A DNA stretch of 38,897 nucleotides from Actinomycetota bacterium (lineage in GTDB: Bacteria > Actinomycetota > Actinomycetes > JAKEEW01). The notes under the pieces were generated by a model. It did not search any database. It had not been told where the DNA came from and worked only from the letters and a program-made list of their open reading frames with translations. Positions 1 to 8,074 of this stretch are shown in pieces; within the stretch, counting starts at the first letter, position 1; every line of letters starts with the position of its first letter. Where the stretch lies: positions 1 through 38,897 of the forward strand of contig JBKOZJ010000025.1 of the NCBI GenBank assembly GCA_046725875.1. The letters are read 5' to 3'. The translations under genes were made by a program, and so were the position numbers.

Positions 1-2
1 CG

Positions 3-179
3 CGGTGGGCAGTCGAGATCATTCCGGCGCTGACTCCCGGGATCGCAGTGTGGGACGTCAATGGGAACGTCCAGGTGGTCAAGCACATTGTGTCCAACAT
101 CGAGCGGCCGCTGGTCTTCACCGACCGCGCGATGACCGAGGATCGCACCGCCGCAGGCTCGGTACCCGTGGCCGGATGA
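3..179 (+). CDS. 3' end of an ATP-binding protein, probably a VirB4-like ATPase of actinobacterial T4SS-like clusters (partial; not in ORF track)
   Basis: Frame 3 is open from the window edge: RWAVEIIPALTPGIAVWDVNGNVQVVKHIVSNIERPLVFTDRAMTEDRTAAGSVPVAG*, with TGA at 177-179 and GC3-biased codons. The C-terminus resembles, from recall, conserved Streptomyces ATP-binding proteins. Confidence 0.6.
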   Translation, partial: RWAVEIIPALTPGIAVWDVNGNVQVVKHIVSNIERPLVFTDRAMTEDRTAAGSVPVAG

Positions 180-210
180 GCGCCTTGCCGTGCTGCGGCA
201 GGATGGCTCT

Positions 211-792
211 ATGACTGACGCGCCGGGAGCAAGCAACGCCGTCGTCGACGTGCTGACAACCGGATATGTCGGGGGCCACGTCGCAAGCACGGTAGCCCTG
301 ATCCGAGATGGGGACACCACCGTCGTGGTCGACCCCGGCATGGTCCGGGATCGGGCGCTCATCCTCGACCCGCTGAAGCAACTCGGCATGGATCCCGACG
401 ACGTGACGGAGGTTGTCTTCAGCCATCACCATCCGGACCACACAGTCAATGCGGCGCTTTTCCGCAACGCCCGCTACCACGACCACTGGGCCATCTACGA
501 CGGCGACCTGTGGACTGACTCCGACGCCGAGGGACGCGGGCTGTCGCCGTCGGTGCGGCTGATCCGGACGCCCGGGCACACGGCGGAGGACATCACCACG
601 CTGGCCGGCACGGCGGATGGTGTGGTGGCCTTCACCCATGTCTGGTGGCATGCCGACGGGCCACCAGCGGATCCCTACGCCGAGGACGCGGAGAAACTGC
701 ACGCCAGCCGCGTCCGGGTCCTCGAGGTCGCGAGCCTGGTCGTGCCCGGTCACGGCCCGGCATTCCGGCCCTCCTCGTCGACTCCGCGGTAA
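211..792 (+). CDS. MBL-fold metallo-hydrolase
   Basis: HxHxDH motif (SHHHPDH), VVVDPG and TPGHT, plus C-terminal VPGHG. ATG at 211 is the preferred start. Confidence 0.9.
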   Translation: MTDAPGASNAVVDVLTTGYVGGHVASTVALIRDGDTTVVVDPGMVRDRALILDPLKQLGMDPDDVTEVVFSHHHPDHTVNAALFRNARYHDHWAIYDGDLWTDSDAEGRGLSPSVRLIRTPGHTAEDITTLAGTADGVVAFTHVWWHADGPPADPYAEDAEKLHASRVRVLEVASLVVPGHGPAFRPSSSTPR

Positions 793-888
793 TGCCTACG
801 GATGGAAATGCGGGTAATAGCCCGCCGCTCGGGCCAGGCGATGCCGGGACTTGATTGGCCCCGCGTTCAACACGCCGGTGCCGATCAG

Positions 889-1881
889 TCACTCGGGTTG
901 CTGGTTTTCGCCGTCAGGCGCTGGGCACGGCGCGCTGGGCTGGAGGATCGACGACCCGCACGTCGTCGTGTCGCCAACCTGCTTTGGCGCGTCACCGAAG
1001 AACGGGATCGCGGCGACGATGGAGAACGCAAGGTAGGCGACGAGCAGCCAGACCGGATGGATCCGCCGGCGCAGCAGCCACCAGGTGAGCATTACCAGCC
1101 CGAGCGGAAGCAGGCCCGGCATGATCTTGTCAAGGATGTCCCCCTGGATGCTGACGTCCGACGCGCCGACCGAGATTGTCGGCGCGACGTACATCACCAC
1201 GAACGTCGCGGCGAGACCACCCAGCACAAGGTTGCCCAGGACACTGGCGCCGACGATGACCCGATCCATCAGGCCGGTGCGGAAGACGTTCGCCACCAGC
1301 GACCGGCCACGGTAGTAACCCTGCATCCAGGTAACCCATCCGATGGCGAGGATCGCCGCGGACACGAGTATCAGATACAGGATCGGACCGAGGACGTTGC
1401 CGGACAGATTGGACAAATCGACCTGGTCGCCTCTGCTCGCTGATACGCCCGCTATTCCGATGCCAAGCGCGAGCAGCAGCGGCGTGATGGCACCTTGAAT
1501 GATGGTGTCGCCCACGCCGGCAAGCGGGCCCATCAGGCCGGTCTTGACCGAGTTGATGCCGTCGTCGCTGACGTCCCGGCCGTTCGCCTTCTGCTCCTCC
1601 ATCGCGATCGTGGCGCCATGAATGACCCCGCCAACCGCGGGATCAGTGTTGAAGAAGACGAGGTGCCGTCTGAGCGCCGCCTTCGTGGCCTCCGGGTCGT
1701 CCTCGTAGAGCCGGCGGACGATCGGGGTCATCGCGTGTGCGAAGGCCGTGGCCTGTAGGCGCTCGTAGTTGTAGTTGGCGTGCGAAAAGAAGGTCCATAG
1801 CAGCCAGGACTTGATCAGATCGCGCTTGGTGATGCGACGCTCGATCTCGAGGTCGGCATGCGGTTCTTGGACTGTGGTCAT
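889..1881 (-). CDS. PTS mannose/fructose/sorbose family EIID component
   Basis: NYERLQA, RHLVFFNT, KTGLMGPLAGVGD and LDKIMPGLLPL are EIID signature motifs. Confidence 0.93.
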   Translation of the reverse strand: MTTVQEPHADLEIERRITKRDLIKSWLLWTFFSHANYNYERLQATAFAHAMTPIVRRLYEDDPEATKAALRRHLVFFNTDPAVGGVIHGATIAMEEQKANGRDVSDDGINSVKTGLMGPLAGVGDTIIQGAITPLLLALGIGIAGVSASRGDQVDLSNLSGNVLGPILYLILVSAAILAIGWVTWMQGYYRGRSLVANVFRTGLMDRVIVGASVLGNLVLGGLAATFVVMYVAPTISVGASDVSIQGDILDKIMPGLLPLGLVMLTWWLLRRRIHPVWLLVAYLAFSIVAAIPFFGDAPKQVGDTTTCGSSILQPSAPCPAPDGENQQPE

Positions 1882-1897
1882 CGGGGCTCCAGGAAGG

Positions 1898-2755
1898 TCA
1901 CGTGCGGGTCACAGTGGCCGTTTCGCGAGTGCGGCCGGCGCTGGGGCCGGCCCTGCCTGCGATCCGGTCACCGAGGAAGATGACGTGCAGGAACGCAACG
2001 GCCAGTCCAATCCCCGCGAGCAGGACGATCGACATCGACCGGTTCGTGGCGACCATTACCAGGTAGCCGATGAAGAAATACGGGATTGCGGAGCCGTGGA
2101 AGATGAACCGCATATTCATCGCGATACCGATGGCCGGGAGGATTCCGCCGGCGATGGTCAGGCCGTTGAGTAGCCACACCGGGAAGTCGTTGATGACGTT
2201 GGCAACGTGCTCCGTCCCGAGCCACACACCAACCGTGACCGGCACGAATGTGATGAGGAAGAGATAGATCTGCGGCCACAGCCAGTTGCATCTGGCCACG
2301 GCCGTGATGTCCCCACGCTCGGCGGCCCGGTCGGCCATATGCACGAAGACCGTGTCACCGGTCATCCGTGCGTTCCAGATCAACGTGCCAAGCAGGCCAA
2401 TCGGCACCGCGATGGCGAGCGCGGCTCCATAGTTGAGGTTGCCGGCAAGAGCGAGGGTCGTGCCGACCCAGCCGGCGAGCGCGGCATCACTCGGGATCGC
2501 ACCCCCGGCCGAGATGAACCCGATGTAGACCAGGTTGATCGCCGCGCCGATGAGTGTGCCCTTGGCCGGCTCGCCGAGGATGATGCCGACGATCAGCCCG
2601 GCCACCAGAGGTCGATAGATGGTGAAGAAACTGAGCCCGAACAGCCACGGACTCTGGGAGAGGTAGTAGCCGAGGCCGATGAGCATGGCCTGAATGAGCC
2701 CGATCGTTATCTCGCTGTCGGCTTGTGCCTGTATCGCGGTGTGGAAAAGGCTCAT
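1898..2755 (-). CDS. PTS mannose-family EIIC component
   Basis: RPLVAGLIVGIILG, GGAIPSD and GGILPAIG motifs, multi-TM profile, adjacent to EIID. Confidence 0.92.
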   Translation of the reverse strand: MSLFHTAIQAQADSEITIGLIQAMLIGLGYYLSQSPWLFGLSFFTIYRPLVAGLIVGIILGEPAKGTLIGAAINLVYIGFISAGGAIPSDAALAGWVGTTLALAGNLNYGAALAIAVPIGLLGTLIWNARMTGDTVFVHMADRAAERGDITAVARCNWLWPQIYLFLITFVPVTVGVWLGTEHVANVINDFPVWLLNGLTIAGGILPAIGIAMNMRFIFHGSAIPYFFIGYLVMVATNRSMSIVLLAGIGLAVAFLHVIFLGDRIAGRAGPSAGRTRETATVTRT

Positions 2756-2789
2756 CGCCTCTCCTCCTCTCTGTCCGGCGGAACACCCC

Positions 2790-3269
2790 TCATCGGCCGG
2801 TCACCGAACCCAGTGGCACGGGACGGGAGTCGGCGACGATCTGAAATTCCACGCGGGTCCCGAGCGACTCGAGTTGACGCATCACATCCATCTCTTCCGG
2901 ACTAGCAGAGATGGTCTTGTAGACGCGGCGGCGGCCCGGACCGGCCCCGATGCCGCCGATGTTGACCACCGGAAACTCGACACCGTCCGCGCGCAGCCGA
3001 AGTGCCGTACGCGGCGATTTCATCAGGACCAGCGTCGGAGTGGGCGATTCGGTGAGTTCCTTCAGCCGCGGCACCGCGGCTCCGGTGTCGTGCACCTCGA
3101 CCTCGACGCCGGGCGGCGCGGCATGTGTTACCACGTCCCGCAGGAACTCGTCGGCGGCGGTGGCATCGTCGACCACGATGATGACCGCAGCGCCAAGGGC
3201 TCGCAACCAAACCGCGATGACCTGGCCGTGGACCAGCCTATCGTCCACGCGGACCAGCCGAAGGGTCAT
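2790..3269 (-). CDS. PTS mannose/sorbose family EIIB component
   Basis: RVDDRLVHGQV phospho-His motif, and VNIGG. Confidence 0.95.
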   Translation of the reverse strand: MTLRLVRVDDRLVHGQVIAVWLRALGAAVIIVVDDATAADEFLRDVVTHAAPPGVEVEVHDTGAAVPRLKELTESPTPTLVLMKSPRTALRLRADGVEFPVVNIGGIGAGPGRRRVYKTISASPEEMDVMRQLESLGTRVEFQIVADSRPVPLGSVTGR

Positions 3270-3664
3270 GTCGCGCCGCCGCTCGCCGGCGCGAGCGCCC
3301 GCGGTCCGCCCGCGGCGACGAGCCGGCGGACTGACTCGTCGGTCAGCTCCTCGACACCGAGGATCGCCTCGAGCAGTGTGGCGAGGGTTGCGTTGGCGAT
3401 AATCCAGGTACCCGAGCGGCCCCGGGCGGCGACGAACGCGGCGTTGGCCGGCGTTCCCCCAAGGAGGTCGGCAAGTACGAGCACCGGGCGGCTGTCCGAG
3501 GTGAGGACCGCATGAAGTCGGTCTGCGAAGTCCTCGGGTGGGCTCGCCGGTTCCAGTCCGACGGCCGTGACCTTCGGGATGGTGCCGCAGATCAACTCGG
3601 CCGTGGAGACCATCGCGTCGGCAAGCGGTCCGTGGCCGATCACCACGATCCGGAAGTCAGTCAT
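3266..3664 (-). CDS. PTS mannose-family EIIA component
   Basis: IGHG phospho-His and DLLGGTPAN motifs. ATGA overlap with EIIB. Confidence 0.93.
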   Translation of the reverse strand: MTDFRIVVIGHGPLADAMVSTAELICGTIPKVTAVGLEPASPPEDFADRLHAVLTSDSRPVLVLADLLGGTPANAAFVAARGRSGTWIIANATLATLLEAILGVEELTDESVRRLVAAGGPRALAPASGGAT

Positions 3665-3688
3665 GGGAGCTCCGACCCGGAGGACGAC

Positions 3689-4792
3689 TCAAGAAACCTC
3701 CTGCTGCAGCCACCGGAATCCGCCAAGACCACCGGGATCGGTGAGCTCGGCCGCCTCGCCAGCGCGGGCGAGCGCTCGCACATACTCTGTCGGCGCTGTG
3801 CCGGCCAGGTCCAAAACCGGACGGCCACCAACCACTCCGAGATCACCCAGAGCGGCGCGCTGGGTGGTCAGCGTCGTGTTCGCCGCTCCTACGGCGGCAC
3901 CTGCGGCGGCGCAGGAGTCCATCGCCACATGCGCGGTGATGTCACAGGACCCGTCCGGTACGGGCTGGACCTGGCGTCCTGATCGATAACCGGTGAGCGT
4001 CCCGTGCGGAGGGCGGTCGTCGCGCAGGTGCCCGTAATCCACGGCCAGCGCGATCCCGCCGGCCATGGCGTCCAGGACGGTCGCCCAAGCCTCGTCGCGG
4101 GTATATCCCACCTCGGCCCGATCCCCCACCTGCGCATGAGCGAGCGGCCACCAGCGCGCCAGCCAATCCAGGTCACCCTGATCAGGAGGCGGGCCGGCCA
4201 CCTCCTGCCCGGAGCCGGGATCGACGTGTACGAGCCGAAGGCCGGTCTCGGTCACCCTGACGACGTCGAGGGGTACGTTGTCCAGCCACTCGTTCGCAAC
4301 CACCAAGCAAGCCAGCCCGGCCGGAAAGGTGTGGCTCCACTCGACACCGTCCGGCAGATCCGGCGGGCGGCCAGATACCTCCACCCCGACCAGCCGGATG
4401 CTGCCGTCGCACTCGTACAACTGCTGGAGCAGCTCTCCCCGACCCGCGCCCAGGTCGACCACGGTCCGCAATCCGTGCCGCTCGGCGAGCTCGCACAACG
4501 CCTGTGCGAACAGCGGTGAGGCGTGTGCGGACGTGCGAAAGTGCATTGCCGGCCCGTCGGGTCGGCGGTAGAAGCCTTGCGGTCCGTACAAAGCCTCCTG
4601 CATCGCCGTGCGCCATGACACCGGCGCGGCGTCACCAAGGTTGCCCTGGCCGCGCGAGCCCACTCGTGATTTTCGCATGAACGGTCCGTTCACTCGATCC
4701 CGCGAGGGATGAACGGACCGCTCACTCGAACCTATCGAGCCAAAGTGCCGTTCATGCGAAAGGGGTGGCATGTCAGGCGGGGACGGGCTCAT
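3689..4792 (-). CDS. SAM-dependent methyltransferase, MidA/NDUFAF7 family (start 4792 via ATGA overlap; alternatives 4678 or 4621)
   Basis: WRTAMQEALYG..GFY, HFRTS, VDLGAGRGEL (SAM motif I), ANEWLDNVP, VDYG, DITAHV and GLGGF. The N-terminal ~40 codons span a palindromic repeat. Confidence 0.88.
   Translation of the reverse strand: MSPSPPDMPPLSHERHFGSIGSSERSVHPSRDRVNGPFMRKSRVGSRGQGNLGDAAPVSWRTAMQEALYGPQGFYRRPDGPAMHFRTSAHASPLFAQALCELAERHGLRTVVDLGAGRGELLQQLYECDGSIRLVGVEVSGRPPDLPDGVEWSHTFPAGLACLVVANEWLDNVPLDVVRVTETGLRLVHVDPGSGQEVAGPPPDQGDLDWLARWWPLAHAQVGDRAEVGYTRDEAWATVLDAMAGGIALAVDYGHLRDDRPPHGTLTGYRSGRQVQPVPDGSCDITAHVAMDSCAAAGAAVGAANTTLTTQRAALGDLGVVGGRPVLDLAGTAPTEYVRALARAGEAAELTDPGGLGGFRWLQQEVS
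4671..4761. repeat. REP-like palindromic repeat, copy A (three 15-bp units)
   Basis: TGAACGGTCCGTTCA (4678-4692), 17 nt, TGAACGGACCGCTCA (4710-4724), CTCGAACCTATCGAG, CCAAAGTGCCGTTCA (4740-4754), TGCGAAA. The ends TTTCGCATGAACGG / CCGTTCATGCGAAA form a perfect 14-bp IR. Confidence 0.85.
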
Positions 4793-5976
4793 CTGGTGAC
4801 GACGGGGACGGACTGGTAGCCGCGGAGGACGAAGGTGGGACGCAGCTGCGGCTCGGCGGCCAGCCCGAGCTTCGGGAAGCGGCGCAGCAGAGCCGGCACG
4901 GAGATTTGCAGCTCCAGCCGGGCCAGCGGTGCGCCCAGGCAGTGGTGGATGCCTGCACCGAAGCCGATGTGCGGGTTGGGATGTCGCCCGACGTCCAGCC
5001 GGTCCGGCTCCGCGAAGACCGCCGGGTCCCGGTTGGCGGCGCCGAGCAGCGCGGCGACCTTCTCCCCCCGGGCGATGACGGTCTCGCCGATCTCTACGTC
5101 GGCGGTCGCGGTGCGCTCGAAGAGCTGCAGCGGCGCGTCGTAGCGGATCATCTCCTCGATTCCGCTCTCGGCGACCGATGGATCGGCGCGCAACCGGCGC
5201 AGCTCATCCGGAGTGCGGAACAGCGCGACCATCGCATTGCCGAAGACGTTGACCGACGCCTCGTGGCCGGCGTTGAGCAACAGGATCGCCGACGCGACGA
5301 GCTCGTTCTCGCTCAGCCGTTCCCCGCCGTCCTCGATTTGTACAAGGTGCGACACGAGGTCGTTCCGCGGATCGGCCCGCCCGGTGCTGGCCAGGCCACG
5401 CATGTAGTCCGCGAACTCGCGGGCTGCCGCAACAGCGGTGCGCTGCTGGTCCGGCGTGCGTTCGTACTCGTACATCTTCACGATCGCGTTCGACCACGGG
5501 CGGAGCAGGTGGCGATCGGCTTCCGGCACGCCGAGCAACTCGGCAATGACCGCGACCGGGAGCGGCTCTGCATAATCGGCGAGCAGGTCGAACTCGGTGC
5601 GATCCCCGATCCGGTCGAGCAGGCCGGTCGCGAGCGCCTGGATGCGCGGCCGGAGCCGTTCGACGTGCCCGCGGGCGAACGCCTTGGCGACGAGCCCGCG
5701 CAGCCTGGTGTGGCTCGGCGGTTCGTTCTCCATCATCTGGTTGCGGTGGAGCAGGTTGAACGGCTCGAAGTACTCGGCCGGCTCGCGGTCCCGCCAGATC
5801 CGGCCGAGCCGGCGGTGGCGGAGGACGGCGTTGGCGTATTCGTACGACAACGCGAGCCACATCCCGGTCTGCTCGTGCCAGAGCAGCGGCGAGCGCGGGC
5901 GCAGCTCGGCGAAGAACGGGTACGGGTCGGCGACGAAGTCCGGCGAGCGCAGGTCGAGCACCGCTACCTCGGTCAC
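4789..5976 (-). CDS. Cytochrome P450 (CYP107-like)
   Basis: Heme motif FGAGIHHCLG, ExxR (EEMIR), HTRLR, and I-helix AGHEAS. Confidence 0.95.
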   Translation of the reverse strand: MTEVAVLDLRSPDFVADPYPFFAELRPRSPLLWHEQTGMWLALSYEYANAVLRHRRLGRIWRDREPAEYFEPFNLLHRNQMMENEPPSHTRLRGLVAKAFARGHVERLRPRIQALATGLLDRIGDRTEFDLLADYAEPLPVAVIAELLGVPEADRHLLRPWSNAIVKMYEYERTPDQQRTAVAAAREFADYMRGLASTGRADPRNDLVSHLVQIEDGGERLSENELVASAILLLNAGHEASVNVFGNAMVALFRTPDELRRLRADPSVAESGIEEMIRYDAPLQLFERTATADVEIGETVIARGEKVAALLGAANRDPAVFAEPDRLDVGRHPNPHIGFGAGIHHCLGAPLARLELQISVPALLRRFPKLGLAAEPQLRPTFVLRGYQSVPVVTR

Positions 5977-5982
5977 ACCGCA

Positions 5983-5988
5983 ACGGTA
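5983..5988 (-). promoter_or_regulatory. Candidate -10 (TACCGT) for a leaderless P450 transcript
   Basis: TANNNT hexamer 6 nt upstream of the GTG start, with no SD. Confidence 0.45.
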
Positions 5989-5992
5989 GTGC

Positions 5993-7393
5993 TCAGCCCA
6001 TCCACCGCTCCGGGCCGGCGGCTAGGCGGCCCGCGCGGGCCCGCCTCGACTGGGTATCTACGATCGCGAGCGCGTGGGCCGCATCCCAGTCCGGCAGATG
6101 TACTTCAACCGGGCCCGGGGTGCTGTCGATATGCACGGTCGCGAGCCGGAGCATCCGCTGGACTGGACCCTGCCGCCACCGGACACTCTGGGTCTTCCCG
6201 TGCGCGATCACGTCCAGCTCGCGCCGGAGCACGCCTCGCTTGGCCACGAAGACGGCGTCGGTCACCCCATATCCGATCGAACGCCACGTCACGGGACGGA
6301 CCCAAGCCATCCGACGTGGGCCGCGAGCGATCGGGATGGTGTCGATGTCCACGTCGGGCAGCAGTCGACCGACCACGTCCAGCGCGAGCCTGCGCGGTGC
6401 GACCGGCAGGAGTACGGAGGTCACCGCTGCGCCGCCCTCCGCGCCGCGGTTCCCGCCGCCGTAGCCCGCGACGTTGACCTCGACTCGCACCCAGCCGTAC
6501 CGCCGCCACAGCAGCGGTTGCACGAGGCGGATCGCCTGCACCCGGCCCGGCGGGACGGTTTGGCTGCGGTGCTCGAGCAGTCCGTGCCGCAGCCGCAGCC
6601 CGTCCGGGGACTCGGCGAGGGTGAAGTCGAAACCGAGGCTGAAGTTGCGGAAGATCACCGTGCCGAAACCCACAAGGGCGGGGAGCAGCGGGACCAGCGC
6701 GCCGGGTTGGCGCGCCACGCCCGCGGTCACCAGCAGCGCCGTGACCAGCAAGCCACCGGCGATGGTCGTCCCCGACAGCGCGACGGACGTGATCAGCGCA
6801 CCGAGCGGAACCTTGACCAGGACGTTTTCCGGCGCTTCGGGCGAGTCCGGCGCGATGCCGGCCGCCCGGGCGAGGAGCTCGGCCCGCAGTCGCTCGGCCG
6901 CCGGCTCGAAGAGATAGGCAAGGGGCGCCTCGGTCTTGTCCCCGCCGGCTACCTCGAGCCGCAGCTCCGCCAAGCCGAGCAGCCGGGCCACGAGCGGGCG
7001 TACGACGTCCACCGCCTGAAGACGGGCGAGATGTACGCGACGAGAGCGGCGGAACAGCACCCCGGTCTCGACATACAAATCACCACCCTCCACCCGATAG
7101 GTCGTGAACCACCAGGAGACGAAGCCATAGACAAGCCCGACCAGAACCGCGGCGGCGAGCAAGAACCACACCTCGCGGGCTCGAACCCCGACCGCAACCT
7201 CTTGGCCCACGATGACCAGAACCACCGCGACGATCTGCCAGCCGCGCGCGAGGGGCGTCAAGGGATGCAGCCGGCGCGGCTCCACTCCACGCGGGGAGGA
7301 CGCGGCCCGATCGGCCGGCTCCGTCCGCAGCGGGGACGACCTCCGCGGATCCCCGGGCTCGGCGCTCGTCTCCGGCACAACCGACCCGCTCAC
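5993..7393 (-). CDS. Bacterial PH-domain membrane protein (YdbT-like, three bPH_2 domains)
   Basis: RRLHPLT N-terminus, TM pairs, and repeated 'G(V/L)L.R...R(L/V)Q.V...P..R.L.LA' segments. Confidence 0.88.
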   Translation of the reverse strand: MSGSVVPETSAEPGDPRRSSPLRTEPADRAASSPRGVEPRRLHPLTPLARGWQIVAVVLVIVGQEVAVGVRAREVWFLLAAAVLVGLVYGFVSWWFTTYRVEGGDLYVETGVLFRRSRRVHLARLQAVDVVRPLVARLLGLAELRLEVAGGDKTEAPLAYLFEPAAERLRAELLARAAGIAPDSPEAPENVLVKVPLGALITSVALSGTTIAGGLLVTALLVTAGVARQPGALVPLLPALVGFGTVIFRNFSLGFDFTLAESPDGLRLRHGLLEHRSQTVPPGRVQAIRLVQPLLWRRYGWVRVEVNVAGYGGGNRGAEGGAAVTSVLLPVAPRRLALDVVGRLLPDVDIDTIPIARGPRRMAWVRPVTWRSIGYGVTDAVFVAKRGVLRRELDVIAHGKTQSVRWRQGPVQRMLRLATVHIDSTPGPVEVHLPDWDAAHALAIVDTQSRRARAGRLAAGPERWMG

Positions 7394-7908
7394 AGCCCGG
7401 CCGACCTCGCCTCACCAAGGGTCGCGAGCCGGTCGCGCAGCCGTGCCGCCTCCTCCGGCGGCAGCCCGGGAATCGACGCATCGGTCGCCTCGGTCGCAGT
7501 GTGGAGCTGTACGGTCGCGATACCGAACCGGCGTTCCAGCGGGCCGGCGGTCACGTCGACGAACTGCATCCGCCCATACGGCACAACAACCAGCTTGCGG
7601 AACGTCACGCCGTGCGTGACGAGCAGGTCCTCCGCGCGCTCGGCATAGGCCCACGACCGCCAGTTGCGGCCGATGAGCCACCACCCCCACGCGCCGAGGC
7701 CCACCCCCAGGAGACCGGCCAGGCCCCCAAGAGCGGGGTGAACGAGTACGGCAAGCGCAGCGGTCGCTCCGGCGGCGAGCGGTAGCACGACCAGCGCCAG
7801 GTTGAGCCGGCGCATGCCGCGAAGCCGCGGCGAAACCGGCCGCCAGGCCTCAGTGAGCGGCGCGAACGCCTGGTCCATGACCGGGTCTCTCGTGGTGTCG
7901 CTCGCCAC
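7390..7908 (-). CDS. Bacterial PH-domain membrane protein (YdbS-like)
   Basis: Two TM helices followed by VVVPYGRMQFVDVTAGPLERRFGIATVQLHTA. Overlaps the start of the downstream gene by 4 bp. Confidence 0.9.
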   Translation of the reverse strand: MASDTTRDPVMDQAFAPLTEAWRPVSPRLRGMRRLNLALVVLPLAAGATAALAVLVHPALGGLAGLLGVGLGAWGWWLIGRNWRSWAYAERAEDLLVTHGVTFRKLVVVPYGRMQFVDVTAGPLERRFGIATVQLHTATEATDASIPGLPPEEAARLRDRLATLGEARSAGL

Positions 7909-8074
7909 ACTCCGGAGGTTACCCGGACATGTAGCAATGGCCGCCCGGGCAACCGAGGCCGCCGCCGCCCGCGACCTGGAAGATGTGGGTCAGGTTGACG
8001 GTCGGGTGCCGGCTATGAGCTCGGCGCACCGGGCTCGAAACACGGGCCGCGACGTGCGTGGTTGACTTTGGAGC

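Noticed and set aside
4678..4754. Repeat-spacer-repeat pattern (also 23489-23565) as a mini-CRISPR
   Set aside because: Units are only 15 bp with 15-17-nt spacers, spacers are shared between loci rather than unique, and there are no cas genes.
4765..6477. Long antisense ORFs (also 6074-7648, 13921-14964, 25631-27472, 36839-38572) and the off-frame 22668-24467
   Set aside because: Shadow frames of well-supported genes, expected in ~70% GC DNA. They are Arg/Gly/Pro-rich with no family motifs.
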